In this document: one piece after another, positions 29,467 to 41,246 of the stretch | Layout: each line of letters begins with the position of its first letter | How positions within the stretch are numbered: the stretch's first letter is position 1 | Sequence record: MK373782.1 | Length of the DNA stretch: 64,000 bases | From: Escherichia phage vB_EcoM_KAW3E185 | Direction: 5' to 3' (one strand) | The notes under the pieces: model-generated | The model's database searches: none | Seen by the model: the letters and a program-made list of their open reading frames with translations, nothing else | Told to the model about the DNA's origin: nothing | Made by a program: the position numbers and the translations under genes

Positions 29467-29742
29467 TTAAATTGCTTTGCATTCAATTTTTTGTGTACCG
29501 AAATTGATATCACATTGGATAACTAAATCGCCGTCAAGATCAAATACCACGATGACGTGTGCAGACCCAGGGAGAAGAGTAATAGCAATAGAATCTACTT
29601 GGTCTGGGAGCAAAGCATTGAGTACATGAGTTACTTGAGCATGAACTCTGAGTTCGGCTGCGTTATCAAGCACTTCAAACATATTATTAGCAATAATCTG
29701 ACTGAAGACTACCTTTACAATTTCAGAATAAGTTGGGAACAT
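29467..29742 (-). CDS. Hypothetical protein (cd.x-like)
   Basis: 91-aa ORF. Confidence 0.4.
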   Translation of the reverse strand: MFPTYSEIVKVVFSQIIANNMFEVLDNAAELRVHAQVTHVLNALLPDQVDSIAITLLPGSAHVIVVFDLDGDLVIQCDINFGTQKIECKAI

Positions 29743-29749
29743 AATTACC

Positions 29750-29974
29750 TCAGTGCACAGTATTTACTTTAACTCGAACAACAAATCGCTCGGTTGGTTC
29801 ACCTACAGGAACAAACTCTACATGATATTCACCTTTGTAACGAGTATTCAGATCATTACGAATTCCTGCGAGTTTGTTGATTAATGTAGGACTCATATTA
29901 AGTCCCACTAGTTTACGAAGCATTTTGTATGCTTCATCTTCGATTTCATGATGTTTATCGTACATAGTTTTCAT
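29750..29974 (-). CDS. Hypothetical protein (cd.x-like)
   Basis: 74-aa ORF. Confidence 0.4.
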   Translation of the reverse strand: MKTMYDKHHEIEDEAYKMLRKLVGLNMSPTLINKLAGIRNDLNTRYKGEYHVEFVPVGEPTERFVVRVKVNTVH

Positions 29975-30145
29975 TTAACCATTCAATTGCCTGGTCGACG
30001 TTATCAAATACACCGCCATCCAAACGTTCTTCATGCTCATAGTCCAGCACATCAATACCGAACTGTCCATTTACTAAAGGCCATGCTACAAACAAATATT
30101 CTTTATGATGTTCGATGGCCTCAATCACTTCATATAATCGTTTCA

Positions 30146-30146
<1 letters not shown>
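29955..30146 (-). CDS. Hypothetical protein (cd.x-like)
   Basis: 63-aa ORF, ATGA overlap with pseT start. Confidence 0.4.
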
Positions 30147-31232
<1,086 letters not shown>

Positions 31233-31233
<1 letters not shown>

Positions 31234-31532
31234 TATTTGATTCCTAAGAAAGCTTCAAGAATACGAATGTTGAGTTCGCGCCGGTCTTTATTAATTTCAG
31301 CAACGTTTTTATTAATTGACGTACTTCTAACGTTTGAAGAAATAAATTTAATCATATGACTTTTGAGTTGTTGCAAATCCAACCCTTTTTCTTTAGCAGC
31401 TTTACGAAGAGCTTTACCTGCTTCATCTAGTGCCTTTGCTGCATCTTTGTCATAATCTACAAGTGTCATTCCACGGCAGATATCAATATACTCATCAGAC
31501 CGTTTGATGTAATTCTCTAGTAATGTTTTCAT
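31233..31532 (-). CDS. Hypothetical protein
   Basis: 99-aa ORF. Confidence 0.45.
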
Positions 31533-31560
31533 TTAGATTTCCTCAATTATCCATAGGAGC

Positions 31561-31590
31561 ATTATACTCTGCTCCCGAGAGTTTGTAAAC
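31561..31590 (-). promoter_or_regulatory. Early promoter (GTTTAC-18-TATAAT)
   Basis: Perfect −10 TATAAT embedded in palindrome ggagca…tgctcc; near-duplicate of the promoter at 61403-61432. Confidence 0.55.
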
Positions 31591-31814
31591 TATTTTACTA
31601 AAGATTCAATATACTCATGAAGAGCTTTAGTCGCTACTGCCCACTTATTCTGATATTCATTTTTCAGATTAGCACGAGACTGAACTAACAAGCGGTCATT
31701 AGTCGGAGGCAAAGATTCTAATCGTTGAATCTGGCGTCCATAAATCATAGCCGCCATTTCAGATTCATAGATAAGCCCTTTAATGTATTCATGCTGTTCT
31801 TTAGTCATTGGCAT
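31590..31814 (-). CDS. Hypothetical protein
   Basis: 74-aa ORF. Confidence 0.45.
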   Translation of the reverse strand: MPMTKEQHEYIKGLIYESEMAAMIYGRQIQRLESLPPTNDRLLVQSRANLKNEYQNKWAVATKALHEYIESLVK

Positions 31815-32095
31815 TTTTCCTCTTTTAAACCACTACGATAATAACATAACATAGTCTTCTGGTCATGTATATATCTTTTTACGTCGTTTAACCAGATACG
31901 AAATTCTTGAGAGTCTTCAAATGGCATTCCAACCCACGGATTACCATCAATAACCTTTACTTGCCATTTCTGGTTGTATTCGGAAATAGGCGTAGGCCAT
32001 GAAGGATGTAAAGTTTCTTTAGGGCTTACTGGCACATCCTGAGTACATCCAACTAGGAGACCAATAGATAATACAGCCACAGTTAATTTAATCAT
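31805..32095 (-). CDS. Outer-membrane spanin lipoprotein (Rz1 equivalent, PseT.2-type)
   Basis: Signal peptide with lipobox LLVGC; directly downstream of a TMD plus coiled-coil protein. Confidence 0.6.
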   Translation of the reverse strand: MIKLTVAVLSIGLLVGCTQDVPVSPKETLHPSWPTPISEYNQKWQVKVIDGNPWVGMPFEDSQEFRIWLNDVKRYIHDQKTMLCYYRSGLKEEKCQ

Positions 32096-32448
32096 TCTGA
32101 GAGCTTCCTGAGGTCTTCTGCAAAGGAATCGAAGGACCTGTTGATTTGTTTTTCGACCAATCCTGGCTTACTTGCCACCACGTTCTTCTTCTTCGAATCC
32201 TTACGGAGCTTTTCATTTTCAGCCTTAAGTTGGTCAACTAAAACACGGTTCTTATAAGTCATTTCTTCGATTGACTGATATTGAATCTTGAAGTCGTCTA
32301 ATACTTTAGCATTGTTTTTAGCAGTCTCTTTAACAGAAGCCAATTCAGTATTCAGCGAATCGACTTTATGGTTCAGAAATGCTATTGTTACAGTAGCAAC
32401 AACTGCAAAAGCTGCTACTATAGCGTAAATAGGATTTACTTTAAGCAT
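32092..32448 (-). CDS. Inner-membrane spanin (Rz equivalent, PseT.3-type)
   Basis: N-terminal TMD (IYAIVAAFAVVATVTIAF) followed by a charged coiled-coil region. Confidence 0.6.
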   Translation of the reverse strand: MLKVNPIYAIVAAFAVVATVTIAFLNHKVDSLNTELASVKETAKNNAKVLDDFKIQYQSIEEMTYKNRVLVDQLKAENEKLRKDSKKKNVVASKPGLVEKQINRSFDSFAEDLRKLSE

Positions 32449-32936
32449 GTTTTAATAATCTCAATGATTTCATCTCGGGATAATCCATTGATAAGAACGG
32501 TTTTCGGACCATCACACTGGATTTTGTATGATTCAAACAATACACACAACTCTTCTGCTGTATGATATGGACTTGAGATTCCGAGACGGTTGAATTTGTC
32601 GGTAAGAGGGTCGCAAATAATGTAAAATTTTATACCTGCGATATGTACGTTTGGTTGACTAATATTAATGAACACATTAGCGTCATATTTAGTCAAATTG
32701 TTTTGAAGAAATTCTACCATAGAATTAACTGCTTCTGGCATCGCTTCGCGTTTCTCTTCAGCGTATCGGGTTGAATACTCTTTTTGTTTTACTTTCTTTT
32801 TAAGATTTTTGGCCAGTGTAACACGTAGGTCAGTAAGATAACCAACTGGACGTCCTTTCTTAAAGACTCGGATTCCGTCAGTTGTGTCTCCAAAAGCGGT
32901 TACGACCATATCGTTAGTAATCAATTGCATATTCAT
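32436..32936 (-). CDS. alc: Alc, inhibitor of host transcription
   Basis: 166 aa from ATG (MNMQLITN) preceded by GAGGAG; T4 Alc is about 167 aa; the ORF-track N-terminal extension lacks an RBS. Confidence 0.7.
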   Translation of the reverse strand: MNMQLITNDMVVTAFGDTTDGIRVFKKGRPVGYLTDLRVTLAKNLKKKVKQKEYSTRYAEEKREAMPEAVNSMVEFLQNNLTKYDANVFINISQPNVHIAGIKFYIICDPLTDKFNRLGISSPYHTAEELCVLFESYKIQCDGPKTVLINGLSRDEIIEIIKTCLK

Positions 32937-32966
32937 AATTTTCTCCTCGTGTTGTTGATAAAAGCC

Positions 32967-32996
32967 ATAGTAACACCTTCCTTGGTGTTTGTAAAC
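32967..32996 (-). promoter_or_regulatory. Early promoter (GTTTAC-18-TACTAT) for alc
   Basis: Consensus match overlapping the rnlA stop. Confidence 0.5.
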
Positions 32997-32998
32997 CA

Positions 32999-34132
<1,134 letters not shown>

Positions 34133-34149
34133 TCAGTTAGTTTTTTTAA

Positions 34150-34178
34150 ATTGTACCACAATCCTTGTGGTGTGTAAA
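34150..34178 (-). promoter_or_regulatory. Early promoter (GTTTAC-17-TACAAT) for rnlA
   Basis: Consensus match. Confidence 0.5.
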
Positions 34179-34589
34179 CTACTTTTTCTTATGTTGGATA
34201 TTCCAAGGCGGGTTGAACTTTTTGATAAAAAGCGGTTCTTCAAGGTCCATTGTTGCGATGGTCATTGAACCAAGTTCGTTGGTGACTGAAAGGTCAAAAC
34301 ATTGGCGGGCCCAGAATTCAACCTTTTTGCCTTGCATTAAGGCATCCAAAATCATAAGTGATTTTCTTGAATCTGAAGTCTGGTCTTTTCGATTTATGGC
34401 TGTTCGATAATAGTTAATGCGTTTCTTTAAATTCTTGGTTTTACCAATATACACAAGTTCGTCATCTATAGCAATAGCATATATGACATTTTTCTTATTA
34501 GGGACATCAACTGTTTTAATTGTTGCATCTTCTAATAGCTCCAATTCTGTATATTTAATAAAGGAATATTCGGCGGCGATATCTTTCAT
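34179..34589 (-). CDS. denA: Endonuclease II
   Basis: 136 aa, near-identical to T4 EndoII (…VIYAIAIDDELVYIGKTKNLKKRINYYRTAINRKD…). Confidence 0.9.
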   Translation of the reverse strand: MKDIAAEYSFIKYTELELLEDATIKTVDVPNKKNVIYAIAIDDELVYIGKTKNLKKRINYYRTAINRKDQTSDSRKSLMILDALMQGKKVEFWARQCFDLSVTNELGSMTIATMDLEEPLFIKKFNPPWNIQHKKK

Positions 34590-34615
34590 AATAAAGTGGG
34601 ACCGAAGTCCCGTCC

Positions 34616-35110
34616 TTAGAAATATTTTTTGTATGAATTGATTACATTTTGGTCTACATCATTATCAATTTGTGCAACAAGATAAGAACTGATTTCAACT
34701 TCTTGTGGGGCTGCTTGAACCAAATCAGAGTTCAAATACTCACGAATCCATGGAATAGGATGACGAGTTGATACGTCTTTAAGAGGACATGGCAGACCAC
34801 AACTACGCATACGAGACACGGTAAGATAATCCACAAATTCACTTAGGATTTTAACATTTAGACCTGGAAGAGCACCATCTTTAAACAAGTGTTCAGCCCA
34901 TTCTTTTTCTTGAGCGTTAACTTCCATGAAAATATCAACTGCTTCTTGTTCACACTCTTGAGCAATTTTGACCCATTCATCGCCGTCTTCGCCATCTTGT
35001 AAAGCACGAATAATATATTGAGTGCCCTTGAGGTGGAGCTGTTCATCACGAGCAATGAACTTCATAATCTTGGCATTACCTTCCATGATTTCCATATTCT
35101 TATGGAAGTT
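34616..35110 (-). CDS. nrdB: Ribonucleotide reductase beta subunit NrdB, exon 2 (upstream boundary approximate)
   Basis: R2 motif MEGNAKIMKFIARDEQLHLKGTQ; frame stays open upstream of the first ATG to about 35146, so the 5' end is a splice junction rather than a start codon. Confidence 0.7.
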   Translation of the reverse strand, partial: NFHKNMEIMEGNAKIMKFIARDEQLHLKGTQYIIRALQDGEDGDEWVKIAQECEQEAVDIFMEVNAQEKEWAEHLFKDGALPGLNVKILSEFVDYLTVSRMRSCGLPCPLKDVSTRHPIPWIREYLNSDLVQAAPQEVEISSYLVAQIDNDVDQNVINSYKKYF

Positions 35111-36214
35111 AAAGGTACCGTTATGTTCGATTGAGCTCGCTAATTCTCAACCCGTTCTCTTATGAACTGCTACATATTACTATGCAGACCAGACTATATC
35201 ACAATCCCAGAGGGATTCTCCCCATTTCGAGTCGCTTGACCCTACGTCCGAAGACTAGTCGTTGAACCTTGCTTTGCAATTGTCGCCGTGCCATCGTTTA
35301 TATGTTGATGGTGATAAATCTTTCTTATCACAATATGGACAATTCAATTGAATTCTATTTGGATTTAATTTACATCTGTCATTATGTTTTAGATAAAATC
35401 CAGGACCTTTACCAATGTGACCGCAGAAATCACATGTGATTTCTTTTTGTGCAGGATGGGTCCCGTTCTTAACCATTTCTAATGTTTTTGCTGATGTTCT
35501 TTTCTTATGGTCTTCTGACAAGAAATGATGTGAACCGTCATTTACCCGTTTTGATTGAGTTTCTGACTGCATTTTACCACCGCAAAATACATGAGTACCT
35601 TCTTTTATAGCTGCAATATTGCGTTCTTTAACTTTTGCAATATGCTCAGCTTGTTGAAAATTATGTATACCTAATGCAACTCTATTTAAATTAGATTTAC
35701 GCTGTATTTCACCGTCTAAAAGATGAAATGTACCATTTTCTATCTTAGATTTAATAGAGGCAATATTTTTAGCTCGTACTTCAGGGATATTAAAAATCTG
35801 GATTTCTCTAGATTTTGCGGCTTTAGAAGCTAATTCAGAAATTTCTTCAGGAGAATATTTCATTCTAAGCTTTATAGCATGACAAGCCTGGTAATCTTTT
35901 TGAGCTAAATGTATATCATAATGTTCCTGTATAGAAAGGCACATCAAATTATCTAAATCATTATTTTCACGGTTACCGTCTTTATGATGGATTTCGTATG
36001 TTCTTCCATCAGAATCTTTAGGTATAGGTCCGTTAGCATCTATCCAAATTTTTCTATAGTTCAATTGTGCATCCTCTTAAAAGTATAATCATATTTATAT
36101 TATACTAATTAAAGGTGCAAGCAAAACCTTGGCTGCTAGTTTTCCTATAAAGGACTTTCCAGCAATTAAAGGAGTTTTCGATAAACGTTACCGTTTAAAG
36201 GCGCATTTTACGCA
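35111..36214 (-). mobile_element. Group I self-splicing intron in nrdB with embedded HNH endonuclease ORF (boundaries ±30 nt)
   Basis: About 1.1 kb interrupts the NrdB reading frame between …RFYVSFA and …MEGNAK; contains a free-standing HNH ORF. Confidence 0.6.
35255..36064 (-). CDS. Intron-encoded HNH homing endonuclease (I-TevIII-like, intact)
   Basis: 269 aa with HNH motif YEIHHKDGNRENN and C-terminal Cys-rich zinc finger. Confidence 0.8.
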   Translation of the reverse strand: MNYRKIWIDANGPIPKDSDGRTYEIHHKDGNRENNDLDNLMCLSIQEHYDIHLAQKDYQACHAIKLRMKYSPEEISELASKAAKSREIQIFNIPEVRAKNIASIKSKIENGTFHLLDGEIQRKSNLNRVALGIHNFQQAEHIAKVKERNIAAIKEGTHVFCGGKMQSETQSKRVNDGSHHFLSEDHKKRTSAKTLEMVKNGTHPAQKEITCDFCGHIGKGPGFYLKHNDRCKLNPNRIQLNCPYCDKKDLSPSTYKRWHGDNCKARFND

Positions 36215-36885
36215 AAAGATACATAAAAACGAATAGCTTCTAAGGCATTAATAACGTGTAAACAGAGGTAAAGAGACTTCATTAAAGCACGTTTAGCTTC
36301 GGCTTCTTGTTTAATAGCTCGGTTTAAACGAAAGTCGGCATCAGGAGATTCTTTAGCTAGTTCTACAAATTCTTTAGCGTTTTCCCAATAACGAGCTTTA
36401 ACCAGAACATCATCATAATATCGTCCGATAGATTCGGCACGCTTCATAATAGCTTCATCTAATACAATCTCATCAAACACCTTCGATGGATCTGTATAAA
36501 GATTTCGCATAATATGAGTATATGAACGAGAGTGAATAGTTTCACTGAAAGTCCATGTAGCAACCCATGTATCTAATGAAGGGTCTGAAAGCAATGACAT
36601 AAGTACCGCAGATGGTGCTCTACCTTGGATAGAATCTAATAATGATTGATACTTAAGGTTGTTGGTAAAGATGTCCTGTTGGAACTGTGGAAGCTTATTA
36701 AACTGGGCCGAATCCAACATCAAGTTTACCTCTTCGGGGCGCCAGAAAAAACTGATCTGCCGCTCAATGAGTTCTTCAAATACTCGATGTCGTTGAATAT
36801 CATATCGAGCTAAACCTAATCCAGAACCAAAGAACATCGGTTCATTCAAAACATCGACTTGTTGTGTGTTAAAAACTGTACTCAT
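36215..36885 (-). CDS. nrdB: Ribonucleotide reductase beta subunit NrdB, exon 1 (3' boundary approximate)
   Basis: N-terminal R2 sequence ending …EAIRFYVSFA, then in-frame stop inside the intron. Confidence 0.7.
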
Positions 36886-37580
36886 TTAGAATCCTTAAAT
36901 TTACATTTATCATAATGCCATCTTAAAGCATTGCCTTTATTAACTTTCTTACCACAGTGCGGGCAAGGTGGATACTCAGTCCTTTGTTTAGTCTTCAAAG
37001 AAATTAAATCACGCGTTTCTTTGCTATGAGGAACATCTCTTGTAGGAGAAATTGTACCATACATAGGGTTAAGCACACCAACTTTAGCAGAAGATATGTT
37101 CTTTTTAGCTTCCTCTGATTTGGGCTTTCTCATCTTTTTCTTAGTTTCTTCGCTTTTAGCCCTTCCTTTGGTTGCCGCCGATATTTTGTGTTTGGTTTCT
37201 TCTGTTAAACGCAGACCTGTTTTCGCTTTTGATATTTTCAGTCTCGTTTCTTCAGAAATGACCGTACCTTTGCGAAATTGTGAATTTAACTTCTTTGCAT
37301 GGGCATATATTTTAGAATGAACTTTATAATGACGTTTCTTAGTTCCTTTCATATTGCACATCATGAAAAATGCGAATATAACAGATTTTACCGGATAAAT
37401 CTTTGATAAAATAGCATGCGCTATAAAATGTTCTCTAGCTGTTAATTCAACTAAATTTTCCTTATCATCAGTACCTCCCATACATCTAGGTAAGATATGA
37501 TGATTCTCTTTATACCCTGATAAAGGTTCCCGAGCCTGAGCTCGGGAAATTAGGTCGTTATAGATTTTTTGATAATTCAT
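36882..37580 (-). CDS. mobE: HNH homing endonuclease (MobE-like) between nrdA and nrdB
   Basis: HNH motif ENHHILPRCMGGTDDKENLV; C-terminal CPHC zinc finger; T4 mobE position. Confidence 0.75.
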   Translation of the reverse strand: MNYQKIYNDLISRAQAREPLSGYKENHHILPRCMGGTDDKENLVELTAREHFIAHAILSKIYPVKSVIFAFFMMCNMKGTKKRHYKVHSKIYAHAKKLNSQFRKGTVISEETRLKISKAKTGLRLTEETKHKISAATKGRAKSEETKKKMRKPKSEEAKKNISSAKVGVLNPMYGTISPTRDVPHSKETRDLISLKTKQRTEYPPCPHCGKKVNKGNALRWHYDKCKFKDSK

Positions 37581-39835
37581 TACAATTTACAAGCAGAACA
37601 ATCTTCAGCTTTAGGTGTTTCTAATTCATAGTCATCAGTACCAGAACCATCACGAGTGTTATGATAGTAGAGGTTTTTTCCGCCAAAGTACCAGAAGTAA
37701 AGCAGATCGTCAAGCATTACTGACATTGGCACTTTACCTTTCTCAAATACTGCAGGGTCATAGTAAGTATTAGCAGAAGCAGATTGGCACACCCATTTCA
37801 ACATGATAGCAACTTGGGTCAAATAAGGTTTATTACCTTTCTTAGCAAGTTTCCACGCGTAGTCGTAAAGACCCATGTTATGTTCGATATTAGGAACAAC
37901 CTGACGGAAGTTGCCTTCTTTAGATTCTTTAATACTTACTGGACCGCGCGGGGGCTCAATCCCGTTTGTAGAGTTTGATACTTGACTGCTTGACTCACAA
38001 GGCATGAGTGCAGACAACGTTGAGTTACGAATTCCATGTTCTTTGAGTTCAGCTCGAAGTTCTTCCCAATCACATACGTAGTTCGGGGCTGCGATTTGGT
38101 CAATCTTTTTATTGTACCAGTCAATAGGTAATTCGCCTCTAGACCATTTAGTGTCTGAATAATACTCGCAACATCCTTTTTCTTTGGCGAGTTTGATTGA
38201 AGCTTTGATAAGGCCATATTGCAATCTCTCAAACAATTCATGAGTCAAATCGTTAGCGTCTTCATATGAAGCGAAGTTAGAAGCTAACCATGCAGCATAG
38301 TTCGTAACACCAACACCAAGATTTCGACGCTTTTTAGCTTTTAAAGCTTCCGGAACCGGATAATCTTGATAGTCTAGCAGGTTATCAAGTGCACGTACTT
38401 GTACTTCAGCAAGTTCATTAATTTTATCTTGGTCTTGCCAATCAAATTTATCTAATACAAAGGCAGATAACGTGCATAAACCAATTTCAGCATCAGGACC
38501 ATTCACATCATTAGTTGGAATAGCGATTTCACAACATAAGTTACTCTGACGAATTGGAGCTTTTTCACGAATAAACGGAGTGTAGTTATTCGTGTTATCA
38601 ACAAACTGTGGATAAATTCGAGCAGTACCAGAGCGTTCAGTCATGAACAATTCAAAGAGTTCTAGTGCTTTGATTCTTTTCTTTCTGATTGTTGGGTCTT
38701 TTTCAGCTTTCTCATAAAGCTCACGGAATTTATCTTGATCTTCAAAGAACGAGTAGTATAGTTCGCCTGACATTTCGTGAGGGCTAAATAAAGTAATATA
38801 ATCATTTTTACCAAGGCGTTCCATCATAAGGTCATTAATCTGAATTCCGTAGTCCATATGTCGAATACGGTTTTCATCCACGCCTTTGTTATTTTTCAGA
38901 ACTAATAGGTTCTCTACTTCTAAGTGCCACATCGGATAATACGCTGTAGCAGCACCACCACGAATACCACCTTGAGAACAAGATTTTACTGCAGTTTGGA
39001 AATGTTTCCAGAATGGAATAACACCCGTATGTCGAACTTCACCCATACCGATCTTAGAACCTTCTGCACGAAGCATACCAACGTTGATACCTATACCAGC
39101 TCGTTTAGAAATATATTCAATAATTGATGCTGAAGTTTTGTTAATAGATTTTAATGAATCACCGGCTTCAATAACTACACAACTAGAGAACTGGCGAGTT
39201 GGAGTACGAGCACCTGCCATAATTGGAGTAGGCAATGAAACTTGATGAGTAGAAACGGCGTCATAAAAACGAATAATATGTTTCAAACGGTCATGAGTTT
39301 CGTCTTGATGTAAGGCCATACCAATAGCCATGATAGCAAACTGGGGAGTTTCATAAATCTTCCCAGTTGTTTTATCTTTAACTAGATATTTTTCTTTAAG
39401 CTGCATAGCACCAGCATAAGTCAGGTCAAAGTCTCGTTCATGTTTAATCTGTGAATCGAGATAAATGATTTCTTCTGCTGAATATTGAGACAACAGCTCA
39501 GGGTCATATTTGCCTTCATTAACACAATAAGAAATATGGTCGATAAAAGCAGGCGGCTCAAACTGCCCATATACATCTTTACGAAGTGCAAACATTAGCC
39601 CTTTGGCGGCGACATACTGATAATCAGGTTCTTCGACAGAAATCGAGTTAGCTGCAACTTTAATACAAATCTTCTGAATATCTTTGGTGCTCATCCCATC
39701 GACAAGATGGGTCTTAATTTCTTCGTACAATTCATATGGGTCGATTTGTGTTCCTTCACATTGCCAAGTTAATACTTGAATAATTTTCTGTGCATCAAAA
39801 TTTTGGGATACCCCACTGCTCTTAGTTACTTGCAT
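37580..39835 (-). CDS. nrdA: Ribonucleotide reductase alpha subunit NrdA
   Basis: 751 aa class I RNR large subunit. Confidence 0.95.
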   Translation of the reverse strand: MQVTKSSGVSQNFDAQKIIQVLTWQCEGTQIDPYELYEEIKTHLVDGMSTKDIQKICIKVAANSISVEEPDYQYVAAKGLMFALRKDVYGQFEPPAFIDHISYCVNEGKYDPELLSQYSAEEIIYLDSQIKHERDFDLTYAGAMQLKEKYLVKDKTTGKIYETPQFAIMAIGMALHQDETHDRLKHIIRFYDAVSTHQVSLPTPIMAGARTPTRQFSSCVVIEAGDSLKSINKTSASIIEYISKRAGIGINVGMLRAEGSKIGMGEVRHTGVIPFWKHFQTAVKSCSQGGIRGGAATAYYPMWHLEVENLLVLKNNKGVDENRIRHMDYGIQINDLMMERLGKNDYITLFSPHEMSGELYYSFFEDQDKFRELYEKAEKDPTIRKKRIKALELFELFMTERSGTARIYPQFVDNTNNYTPFIREKAPIRQSNLCCEIAIPTNDVNGPDAEIGLCTLSAFVLDKFDWQDQDKINELAEVQVRALDNLLDYQDYPVPEALKAKKRRNLGVGVTNYAAWLASNFASYEDANDLTHELFERLQYGLIKASIKLAKEKGCCEYYSDTKWSRGELPIDWYNKKIDQIAAPNYVCDWEELRAELKEHGIRNSTLSALMPCESSSQVSNSTNGIEPPRGPVSIKESKEGNFRQVVPNIEHNMGLYDYAWKLAKKGNKPYLTQVAIMLKWVCQSASANTYYDPAVFEKGKVPMSVMLDDLLYFWYFGGKNLYYHNTRDGSGTDDYELETPKAEDCSACKL

Positions 39836-40131
39836 ATGTCCTCTATATTAAATTCGTCTTTAAAAAGTTTATTAACCACTAGAGCTATTATATCACCATG
39901 ACAGGCTTTTGGTTTACATGTGCATCCCAGACGCATACCACGTAAAGGTTCTAGATGAGCTTTTGTGATTTCTCCACACTTAATTCTCTTAATAAAATCC
40001 TTTTTGAAAAGCTCAATAGCTTCTTCTCGGGAAGAGGCATCCTTGCCTACATAATTTCCCCAGAATGTGCCACGATGAATATTAACATCAAAATCGGATT
40101 TATATTTATTCACAACGCGGCACATTTTCAT
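39826..40131 (-). CDS. Hypothetical protein (nrdA.1-like)
   Basis: 101-aa ORF. Confidence 0.5.
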   Translation of the reverse strand: MKMCRVVNKYKSDFDVNIHRGTFWGNYVGKDASSREEAIELFKKDFIKRIKCGEITKAHLEPLRGMRLGCTCKPKACHGDIIALVVNKLFKDEFNIEDICK

Positions 40132-40385
40132 TACATGTCCTCTGCAATAATTTCTTCATATTCTTTAGGTGTCAAGACTGTGATATTGAAATAAACCAAC
40201 GGTTCTTTTTCTATACCGAATCCACCACAGAATTCACGATATTCATAAATTCGTTCATGTGAATAACAAATGAATCGTTCACCTTTAACTGTGATTTCAC
40301 TATTCGGTGAAGGGATATCTAGTTCGGTAGGATTTTTCATTTCAAAAATTGTGGTGCCATATGAATTAATAAAACGTAAAATCAT
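40131..40385 (-). CDS. Hypothetical protein (nrdA.2-like)
   Basis: 84-aa ORF. Confidence 0.5.
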   Translation of the reverse strand: MILRFINSYGTTIFEMKNPTELDIPSPNSEITVKGERFICYSHERIYEYREFCGGFGIEKEPLVYFNITVLTPKEYEEIIAEDM

Positions 40386-41246
40386 TTATACCGCCATTTT
40401 AGCTTTGATAGTTGGATGAGATTCGTAATTTTTAAGAACGAAATCAGAATGTGTCATCGTTCCAGTAACCCAGTCCACTTGGATTTTTGTAGGCCAATTC
40501 TCAAAATTACTAGGCCAATTAATTTCAAGAGAACACAACTCTTTAGGTTCACGACGAAGAACTTCTTTGCATTGTTCTACATGATTGCTGTAGATATGCG
40601 TATTGCCGCCTGAGAACACTAAATCACCTGGGATAAGGTTACACATCTTCGCTACAATATGCGTCAAGGCAGCGTACGAGGCAATGTTGAACGGCAGGCC
40701 CAAGAAAACATCTACACTGCGTTGATACCATTGTAAATCAAGATGCCCATTACGCACATTAAATTGATAGAACATATGACAAGGAGGAAGAGCCATTTGG
40801 TCAATTTCGGCTGGGTTCCATGCAGAAACTATTTGACGACGATCATTAGGAAGAGCTTTAATACGGTCGATAGTTTTGACCAATTGGTCTACACCACCAA
40901 AATCACGCCATTGCTTACCATAAATAGGACCAAGTTCGCCGCTATGATATCCAAGGTCTTTTGCCTGATTTTCATAGTTGTCGTCCCAAATAGTTTTACC
41001 TTGAATAAGACTACCATGAGTACGAATACGCAAATCATTAACATTGGTAGAACCAGACATGAACCACAGTAACTCGGCAATACAAGCTTTCCATGCTAAT
41101 TTCTTAGTTGTTACTGCAGGGAATCCTTTAGTCAGATCCCAACGTAATTTAGTTCCGAACAGGGCAATAGTGCCGGTACCTGTACGGTCGTCTGTTTCGT
41201 AGCCATTTTCTAGGATATCATTAATCAGGTATTGGTATTGTTTCAT
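40386..41246 (-). CDS. td: Thymidylate synthase (uninterrupted, no intron)
   Basis: 286-aa continuous ORF with catalytic PPCH motif (MALPPCHMFYQF); T4 td is split by an intron, this one is not. Confidence 0.95.
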   Translation of the reverse strand: MKQYQYLINDILENGYETDDRTGTGTIALFGTKLRWDLTKGFPAVTTKKLAWKACIAELLWFMSGSTNVNDLRIRTHGSLIQGKTIWDDNYENQAKDLGYHSGELGPIYGKQWRDFGGVDQLVKTIDRIKALPNDRRQIVSAWNPAEIDQMALPPCHMFYQFNVRNGHLDLQWYQRSVDVFLGLPFNIASYAALTHIVAKMCNLIPGDLVFSGGNTHIYSNHVEQCKEVLRREPKELCSLEINWPSNFENWPTKIQVDWVTGTMTHSDFVLKNYESHPTIKAKMAV

